Assembly: GCA_040900375.1 (NCBI GenBank)
Contig: JBBDZC010000003.1
Span: forward strand, 64,586 to 128,585
Length of the DNA stretch: 64,000 bases
Origin: Candidatus Anderseniibacteriota bacterium
GTDB lineage: Bacteria > Patescibacteriota > Andersenbacteria > UBA10190
Direction: 5' to 3'
The notes beneath the pieces are model-generated. The model did no database searches and was not told the DNA's origin. It worked only from the letters and a program-made list of their open reading frames with translations. The position numbers and the translations under genes were made by a program. Shown in pieces: positions 57,774-64,000 of this stretch. Every line of letters begins with the position of its first letter. Position 1 is the stretch's first letter.

Positions 57774-58790
57774 CTACCAATAATGCTGGTGGTGCTGCCG
57801 GTAGTACGCCACCATTTCCTTAATTCCTGCCTGGAGCGAAACTCTTGGTTGCCAGCCCGTCAACTCAAAAATCTTTGTGGTGTCAGCAATATAGTTACCG
57901 GTCTCATTTTTTTCATAATGCTCGGGCCAAGGCACATGTTTCGCCTGCCCACTCCCCACGGCCCGTAAGACTGCCTCCACCATATCCACAAACCGTACGC
58001 GCTCGTGTGTGCCGATGTTATACACCTCCCCCGCCCCGCCCCGCACCGTCAAGCGCAAAAAAGCTTCCACAATATCATCAATATACAAATAGTCCCGTTC
58101 CTGCTCGCCCTCACCAAAGATGGTAATACTATTACCGGTCATTGCCTCTCGCACAAACCAGCCAACGATGGAGTACTTACTATGCTTCATTTGTTGTCGT
58201 GGTCCATACGGATTAGGAATACGCACCGCAGTGGTATGAATGCCAAAAGTATCAGCAAAATAGCGGCCATACTTCTCACCGAGCAGTTTGTGAATACCGT
58301 ACAACGACAGCGGCTCCGTTGGATGGTCTTCCCGGACAGGAATATGCAAAATCTTGCCATAGACCATGCGTGAGGAAGAAAATAAAACTCGGGCCTGGGG
58401 CGCTTCGGTGCGGACTGCCTCTAAAACATTGAGGTGCCCCCTTCCGTTAATATCTAGATCGAGAAAAGGCTGGTCTTTAGAATCAATATAACTAACTTGC
58501 GCCGCTAAATGGTAGATAACGTCTTGTCCCTTGGCAGTCTTCTTGACAAGCGCCTCGTCGCGAATATCTCCCTCGATAATCGTGACTCGATGAGCGATCT
58601 CCTCCACATTAAACTGATTACCACCATAGAGTGGCAAGAGCGCATCAAGTAACGTAACTTGGGCGCCCAAGTCTACAAGCGCGTGAGCTAAATTACTGCC
58701 GATAAAACCAAGACCACCGGTAATAAGAACCTTTTTACCAACAAACACTGCCCGGATATCCTCCGGTAATTGAGTCACCTTAAAACTCAT
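57774..58790 (-). CDS. NAD-dependent nucleotide-sugar epimerase/dehydratase
   Basis: ITGGLGFIG, SSSRMVYG, YGIHK, NPYGP, RDYLYIDD. Confidence 0.92.
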   Translation of the reverse strand: MSFKVTQLPEDIRAVFVGKKVLITGGLGFIGSNLAHALVDLGAQVTLLDALLPLYGGNQFNVEEIAHRVTIIEGDIRDEALVKKTAKGQDVIYHLAAQVSYIDSKDQPFLDLDINGRGHLNVLEAVRTEAPQARVLFSSSRMVYGKILHIPVREDHPTEPLSLYGIHKLLGEKYGRYFADTFGIHTTAVRIPNPYGPRQQMKHSKYSIVGWFVREAMTGNSITIFGEGEQERDYLYIDDIVEAFLRLTVRGGAGEVYNIGTHERVRFVDMVEAVLRAVGSGQAKHVPWPEHYEKNETGNYIADTTKIFELTGWQPRVSLQAGIKEMVAYYRQHHQHYW

Positions 58791-59929
58791 ACTGGTACCT
58801 GCGTTGCATATAATGATAAATATTTATCCATAATGTGCCGCCAATCATAGGCCAAAGCTAAGGCACGGCTCCGCTGCCCCATTCGCTCGCGCAACTGCCG
58901 ATCATTAATCAATATCGCCAGTCGTTGCGCAATTAATTCGATATCATCGCCCGTTATGAGATAGCCATTATCTCCCTCACGCACAATTTCATTATTACCT
59001 CCCACATCCGAAGCAATGATCGGCAAGCCACAACCCATCGCTTCTAAGATTACTGAAGGCATCCCTTCAGAGAGTGAGGTCAAAACAAAAATATCGGCAT
59101 ACTGGTACGACTTTTCCAGTTTATCGTACGGTACAGTGCCAACATAATGAATCAAATCGCTTACATGGAGCTCTTCCGCTAATGCGTCTAAATCAGGCCG
59201 CGCGGCCCCACTGCCAACTACTTCTACTTCAAACGGCTCTTGCGTCAACGCGCGGACACGGGGGAGAGCCCTGATGATCCGCTGGAATCCCTTGCGGGGA
59301 ATCAGACGGCCAATAAACAAAATTTTAACTTTAGAGTTAGTCGGTCGCACTGTAGGCTTGAAGCGCTCGGTCTCTACGCCGTTGGGAATAACAATAAATT
59401 CAGACGAGAGATCAGCGGCTTTTCCTAGTTTGGCGAGTTCGTGGGAACAGACTGTTCGAAAACTTGCGCCCCGCCAAATCGCCCGCAAGAGCGGTGTTAG
59501 GAGGGGGTAAATGTTTTTATAGCGCGACGGGTTAGCCCCCGGAATGTCAGAACCACCAAAGTATACGCTGTAGGGAATACGCCACAGACGGTGAATAATC
59601 CACGCCACCCAGCCGGCCGGGACTGCAAAGTAGGCTTGGATAAAATCAACCTGCTCCCGCCGTGTATACCAGGCGGTATACCATAGAGCAGAAATACCAA
59701 AGATCACTAACTCCCATTGCGAACAAAAATCCTTGTAGCGACGAATCGCGGGGATGCGCAGGACAAGGGCACCATCAATGACTTCCCGATGCGGTAAATC
59801 GCGCCAGCGGGAAGTAATGAGAGTTACCTTATGTCCGGCCGCAGTGAGGTGGCCAATGGCATACTTTGTCACCGTTGAGCCCCCTCCTCCGATGGGGGGA
59901 AACTCATTATTAATCAGGAGAAGGTTCAT
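58787..59929 (-). CDS. GT4 family glycosyltransferase
   Basis: NNEFPPIGGGG, GRLIPRKG, SLSEGMPSVILEAMGCG. Confidence 0.93.
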   Translation of the reverse strand: MNLLLINNEFPPIGGGGSTVTKYAIGHLTAAGHKVTLITSRWRDLPHREVIDGALVLRIPAIRRYKDFCSQWELVIFGISALWYTAWYTRREQVDFIQAYFAVPAGWVAWIIHRLWRIPYSVYFGGSDIPGANPSRYKNIYPLLTPLLRAIWRGASFRTVCSHELAKLGKAADLSSEFIVIPNGVETERFKPTVRPTNSKVKILFIGRLIPRKGFQRIIRALPRVRALTQEPFEVEVVGSGAARPDLDALAEELHVSDLIHYVGTVPYDKLEKSYQYADIFVLTSLSEGMPSVILEAMGCGLPIIASDVGGNNEIVREGDNGYLITGDDIELIAQRLAILINDRQLRERMGQRSRALALAYDWRHIMDKYLSLYATQVPV

Positions 59930-59947
59930 CCCTTTGTTTTTATTTAA

Positions 59948-60922
59948 CTACACCCTCCTAGGTTCACCCGGGATGGCAAAGCCATGAGTTGACTTAATGG
60001 AGTAGGCTTTTTTCTGGGTGTAGTACGTTTTGGCAACGACATCAGCCAATACGCCTGTTAGAAGAAATTGAAAACCCAAAAGCACGAGTAGCACCGCCAG
60101 CAAGGGAGTCGAGCGACCGGCTAAACCAATAATTCTGAATAACCAGAGGGTCCCTAATGTCCCCCCTAGAATAAAGCCGGTAGCAATAAAGGTAGCGCCA
60201 ATCGCCCCAAAGAAATGCATGGGACGAGCCGAATACTGGATCCAGAATTTTACCACGAATAAATCCAGAAAGCCTTTAATCTTTTTTCGAATATTGTAAT
60301 TGGTATGGCCGAACTTACGGGAATGGTGCTGCACGACGATTTCCCCCACCCGAAAACCCTTCCAGGAAAGCAGGGCCGTTATGTAACGGTGCATTTCACC
60401 GTAGAGCTCTAAATCCTGCAGGGCTTCTTTCTTATAAATTTTGAGGCTGCAGCCATGGTCATGAATTTTTTCTCCAGTAACCCAACGATGGATCAAGTTA
60501 CCAACAATACTCAAGGTGGTCAGTAAACCACTGTCTTCGCGGTTTTTTCGCCAGCCTGATATGACATCTAAATCCTGGTCTCGCAAACTCTGTAGCATTT
60601 TGGGAATATCGCGCGGGTCATTCTGTAAATCTGCATCGAGCACAATCACGTAATCGCCTTGCGCGTAATCAAAACCAGCTGACCAACCTGCGGTCTGACC
60701 AAAACTGCGTCTGAATTCAATAAGTTTCACCCGCTCATCACGGCTATGTAATTCCTTAATTACCCGATTGGTAGCATCGGTACTGCCGTCATCAATAAAG
60801 ATAAGTTCCCACGGCTCGCCGAGTATCTCAAGCACTGGTTTAAGCGCGTTGTAAAGGGGCTTAATTGATTTCTCTTCATTATGGGCTGGCACCACCACAG
60901 AATATTTCATATTAAGACTCAT
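59948..60922 (-). CDS. GT2 polyprenyl-phosphate glycosyltransferase (ArnC/GtrB-like)
   Basis: VVPAHNEE, DDGSTD, FGQTA, DADLQNDP, GEMHRYI, two C-terminal TM helices. Confidence 0.92.
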   Translation of the reverse strand: MSLNMKYSVVVPAHNEEKSIKPLYNALKPVLEILGEPWELIFIDDGSTDATNRVIKELHSRDERVKLIEFRRSFGQTAGWSAGFDYAQGDYVIVLDADLQNDPRDIPKMLQSLRDQDLDVISGWRKNREDSGLLTTLSIVGNLIHRWVTGEKIHDHGCSLKIYKKEALQDLELYGEMHRYITALLSWKGFRVGEIVVQHHSRKFGHTNYNIRKKIKGFLDLFVVKFWIQYSARPMHFFGAIGATFIATGFILGGTLGTLWLFRIIGLAGRSTPLLAVLLVLLGFQFLLTGVLADVVAKTYYTQKKAYSIKSTHGFAIPGEPRRV

Positions 60923-60954
60923 TATGGATGAGGCGACGCTATTTAGGAAGGATT

Positions 60955-60984
60955 AGCTGTACCACACAATTATAAATAATGCAA
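60955..60984 (-). promoter_or_regulatory. Candidate sigma70-type promoter upstream of the GT2 operon
   Basis: AT-rich minus-strand TTGCATtattTATAATtgtgTGgTACAGC, just downstream of a terminator. Confidence 0.35.
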
Positions 60985-61023
60985 AGGTAGCAGTATCACT
61001 AAACTGCTACCGCCCGCGGTCAT

Positions 61024-61047
61024 AAAAAAGCCTATGCAAGCTAGGCT
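61024..61047 (-). terminator. Rho-independent terminator
   Basis: Minus strand AGCCTA-GCTTGCA-TAGGCT followed by a T tract, about 30 nt after the stop at 61080. Confidence 0.7.
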
Positions 61048-61079
61048 CACACAGGCAGTCCTTCAGGAAACTCAAGCAG

Positions 61080-61481
61080 TCACTCCCTTTCCCCTTGTGG
61101 TGGCATACGCCTGCTCCGTGCTTGGAGAATCTCCTGGATTGATAAAGTGGTCGGAGTATAATCGAGTAGTGTTGATGTTTTTTCTCTCGACCGAATGGTA
61201 TCCGACTCCTCGCGAAAACCAAAGATCCTACTCAGCCAACGTGTCAGCAGCCAAAAAATCCAGAAGGAGGCTAACCATGCAACCACCGGCTGTCGGGGTG
61301 TTCCGTTAAGATGTAGCCCAATGTTCAGAAACCCAATTGCGCCCAACAGGAAATGCCACCACCGTAGCGGCGACGGTAACTCTGGCTCTTGCACTCCTCG
61401 CCACTGACTTCTGCCTGATAAGCCCGGTACATGCTTGATCTCGCCATGGTAGTGGAAATGACCATTATTAAAGCTGACCAT
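61080..61481 (-). CDS. Small two-TM hypothetical protein
   Basis: Perfect SD AAGGAGG 7 nt before ATG 61481, followed by a terminator. Confidence 0.6.
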   Translation of the reverse strand: MVSFNNGHFHYHGEIKHVPGLSGRSQWRGVQEPELPSPLRWWHFLLGAIGFLNIGLHLNGTPRQPVVAWLASFWIFWLLTRWLSRIFGFREESDTIRSREKTSTLLDYTPTTLSIQEILQARSRRMPPQGERE

Positions 61482-61561
61482 CACGTAGCCTCCTTAAGAA
61501 AGGGATAGAGCAAAATTGCCAAAGAACATCAATCTTCGACTCACCCTGGCCTGAGGGCTCG

Positions 61562-62299
61562 TTAGTTTTTCCCAGGTTGAGCTTTACTCGCCGCCAAATT
61601 TTGCGCCTTAAGGTACATAGTAAAGCTTTCTCCGGCATCTGCCCACCAGCCCTCTAAAATTGCGTGTTGTAGCTTGCCGGCCTGCAAATAGGCATTATTG
61701 ACATCAGTTACTTCAAGCTCACCGCGAGCCGAGGGTTGTAAATTTTTGATAATGTCAAAAACGTCGTGGTCATAAAGGTACAAGCCAATCACCGCTAAGC
61801 GAGAGGGTTCTTGCCCAGGCTGTGGCTTCTCGATAATGCGCCCGACTTTGTCACCCTGCATTTCGGCAATACCATACCATTCAGGGTGATCTACTTCCGT
61901 TAAAAATATTTTGGCGCCTACCGGATTATCAGCAAAAGCTTGGACCGGCTCCTTTACCGTCCGCTCTAAAATATTATCCCCAAGGAGGACTGCTACCGGC
62001 CCTTCATCAACAAAGTCTTCGGCTAATCCCATGGCCTGGGCAATACCACCCGCTTCTTCTTGAACTTCATACGTGAGCTTAACCTCATGTTTTTTGCCCG
62101 AGCCAAGCAGATTGAGAAAATGACCAGCATGATTCGGTCCCGAAATGATCAAAATATCAGTTATGCCCGCTTCACGCATAGTCTCAATCGACCAGAAAAT
62201 CATCGGCCGATCATAAACTGGCAATAAATGCTTATTGGTGACGTCTGTCAGTGGACGAAGCCGGGAGCCTGTTCCTCCGGCTAAAATAACTCCCTTCAT
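61562..62299 (-). CDS. rfbA: Glucose-1-phosphate thymidylyltransferase (short RmlA/SpsI type)
   Basis: MKGVILAGGTGSRLRPLT...NKHLLPVY, LGDN, EKP, SARGELEVTD, WADAG. Confidence 0.88.
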   Translation of the reverse strand: MKGVILAGGTGSRLRPLTDVTNKHLLPVYDRPMIFWSIETMREAGITDILIISGPNHAGHFLNLLGSGKKHEVKLTYEVQEEAGGIAQAMGLAEDFVDEGPVAVLLGDNILERTVKEPVQAFADNPVGAKIFLTEVDHPEWYGIAEMQGDKVGRIIEKPQPGQEPSRLAVIGLYLYDHDVFDIIKNLQPSARGELEVTDVNNAYLQAGKLQHAILEGWWADAGESFTMYLKAQNLAASKAQPGKN

Positions 62300-62370
62300 A
62301 AGATAATATTGCGGTTAAATCCCTCCTCATGCATATCGCTTTTTTAATGTAAATGCAACTTAGAGTACTA

Positions 62371-63348
62371 CTATTCCCCCAAGTGTTTATCCCTCTCAAG
62401 ATAGTTACCGACATAGTCCGCAACTGCCTCCTCGAGTGGCATAAAAGGAGTCGTAAAACCCGCCGCCTTAAGGGCCGTAATATCCGCCTGGGTAAAATAC
62501 TGGTAACCCGCCTTAAGATCCTCCGGCATCTCAACGTAAGTAATCGCCGGCGGTTTATGGAGAGTGGCAAAGAGTGCGCCGGCTACCTCATTCCAGGAAC
62601 GCGCGTTGCCCGTACCGACATTATACATCCCAGTGACGGCCACGTTGTCAAGAAAAAAGAGGGTCGCGGCGACAGCGTCTTTAATGTATAAAAAGTCGCG
62701 CTGCTGGCCGCCATCTGGGTAATCTGACCGATACGACCTAAACAATTCCATTACTCCTTTTTCCTTCACCAGATCATATTGCTTAGCAATCACGCTGCGC
62801 ATATGTTTTTTATGCTGTTCATTGGGCCCAAAGACATTAAAATACCGCAAACCCACTATCTGTTCGAGGTAGCCGGCATCACGGGCCCAGATATCAACAA
62901 GCAATTTTGACTGGCCATAGAGCGTCGTGGTCTTAAGCTTATCAAAAAGACTAGTCGCGTCGCTAAAACCCTGCTCGCCGCGACCATACGTTTGGCCGCT
63001 TGAGGCATAAATACATCGCACCGCGTGCTCGACACACCAGCGGATCACATCTTGCGTATATTCTACATTGAAAGTTTGCAATTTCTGCCAATCTGTTTCC
63101 GTCGTCGAGCTAATGGCTCCCATATGCAGAATCGCCTGAATCTGGCGCGCAGTAAATGCTCCTTTGCGTAAACGCTGATGAAAATCCTCAATGCTCAAGA
63201 GTTCCTTATACGTGCCCGAGCTGATATTACGCTCTTTGCGATTATCATCAATATTGTCGACCAGGAGAATGTTTTTTTCTCCTCGTTGGTTAAGCGCCCA
63301 TAGTAATGCACTACCAATAAATCCAGCCGCGCCGGTAATGATGATCAT
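62371..63348 (-). CDS. hldD: ADP-L-glycero-D-manno-heptose 6-epimerase
   Basis: MIIITGAAGFIGS, HMGAISSTTE, YASS, YGQSK, LRYFNVFGPNEQHK..M.SV, QYFTQADI. Confidence 0.92.
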   Translation of the reverse strand: MIIITGAAGFIGSALLWALNQRGEKNILLVDNIDDNRKERNISSGTYKELLSIEDFHQRLRKGAFTARQIQAILHMGAISSTTETDWQKLQTFNVEYTQDVIRWCVEHAVRCIYASSGQTYGRGEQGFSDATSLFDKLKTTTLYGQSKLLVDIWARDAGYLEQIVGLRYFNVFGPNEQHKKHMRSVIAKQYDLVKEKGVMELFRSYRSDYPDGGQQRDFLYIKDAVAATLFFLDNVAVTGMYNVGTGNARSWNEVAGALFATLHKPPAITYVEMPEDLKAGYQYFTQADITALKAAGFTTPFMPLEEAVADYVGNYLERDKHLGE

Positions 63349-63863
63349 GACGCCTTAATTTTATTAACTAAAGCCGAGGTTGAAAGAGCTGGCCGCCGGG
63401 ATACAACGTAACCTGCCGTGCCCACTGCCTGCATCGTGGGCCACTCCACCCACTGCTGGGGTTGCCCATATTCTTCCCCATTCACGTGGAGTGTTGGCTT
63501 AATTGTCTGTAGTAACGTACGGGGCACCTCGTCATAGGCAGCATCAATAATCACCACGTAGTCAACACACGCCAGCGCTGCCACGAGAGCAGCTCGTTCT
63601 TGCTCCGCAATGAAGGGCCGGCTTTGGCCTTTTTTTTCCCGGACAGAGCGATCAGAGTTCAAACCCACAAAGAGAATATCGCCTTGACTCTTGGCTTCAC
63701 CTAAAAAACTTAAGTGGCCGGCGTGGAGGATATCAAAAGAGCCATTGACTGTCACTAAACGCTGCCGCGCGCGCTTTAATTGCTCCGCTGTATCCCGAGC
63801 CTGTTCGCGGGTCAATATTTTATTAACGGGCCAGAAACTTGTGTCGGGAGGAAGGTCACTCAT
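63345..63863 (-). CDS. rfaE2: Heptose-1-phosphate adenylyltransferase (stand-alone RfaE domain II/HldC)
   Basis: NGSFDILHAGH, VGLNSDRSV...KGQSRP, STSALV. ATGA-coupled to hldD. Confidence 0.88.
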   Translation of the reverse strand: MSDLPPDTSFWPVNKILTREQARDTAEQLKRARQRLVTVNGSFDILHAGHLSFLGEAKSQGDILFVGLNSDRSVREKKGQSRPFIAEQERAALVAALACVDYVVIIDAAYDEVPRTLLQTIKPTLHVNGEEYGQPQQWVEWPTMQAVGTAGYVVSRRPALSTSALVNKIKAS

Positions 63864-64000
63864 AACGTAACTATGTTATGAGCCGCTTCATATAAAGAGT
63901 CAACTACCAGTTCTGGCGCACTAGTCAGTCGCTCCTCCTGCCAATACGAGCTCCGAATGAGCGCCGTATGTGTTCCCAGGGCTTGACCAAAACCAAGATC
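63860..64000 (-). CDS. gmhB: C-terminus of a HAD phosphatase, probably GmhB (5'-truncated by the window edge)
   Basis: DLGFGQALGTHTALI...PELVVDSLYEAA* resembles a GmhB C-terminus. Its stop overlaps the rfaE2 ATG. Confidence 0.55.
   Translation of the reverse strand, partial: DLGFGQALGTHTALIRSSYWQEERLTSAPELVVDSLYEAAHNIVTL

Noticed and set aside
1-64000. CRISPR array, tRNA/rRNA, transposase, integrase or prophage
   Set aside because: No regularly spaced repeats or recognisable motifs by eye; nearly all sequence is explained by glycosylation CDS.

Overview
The whole 64 kb is one dense cell-surface glycosylation region of about 48 CDS. I found no rRNA, tRNA, CRISPR array or transposase. It contains about 10 GT-B glycosyltransferases, 3 GT2 enzymes, a Wzx-type flippase, 12 polytopic GT-C-like proteins, 2 AsnB-type amidotransferases, 3 methyltransferases, SDR epimerases, RfbA, the end of an ADP-heptose operon (gmhB-rfaE2-hldD) and a pyrophosphatase. 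The pilin type, the CCTGCCTGCCGGCAG palindrome and the scarcity of Shine-Dalgarno sites suggest a Patescibacteria/CPR genome; this is inference. Main points of interest: (1) an unexplained five-gene NDP-sugar/cyclitol cassette (cupin, nucleotidyltransferase-kinase fusion, SdhL-class shikimate dehydrogenase-like, KdsC-like HAD, GatZ/KbaZ-like) next to two paralogous atypical GTs; (2) a mycobacterial-type polyprenyl-phospho-arabinofuranose route (HAD-UbiA, DprE1, DprE2) within the GT-C array, which also holds an atypical pilin; (3) a ~140-aa beta-rich domain shuffled between GT-C proteins; (4) a two-copy ~160-185 bp structured intergenic element showing compensatory changes. All calls come from reading motifs by eye; no database searches were run.
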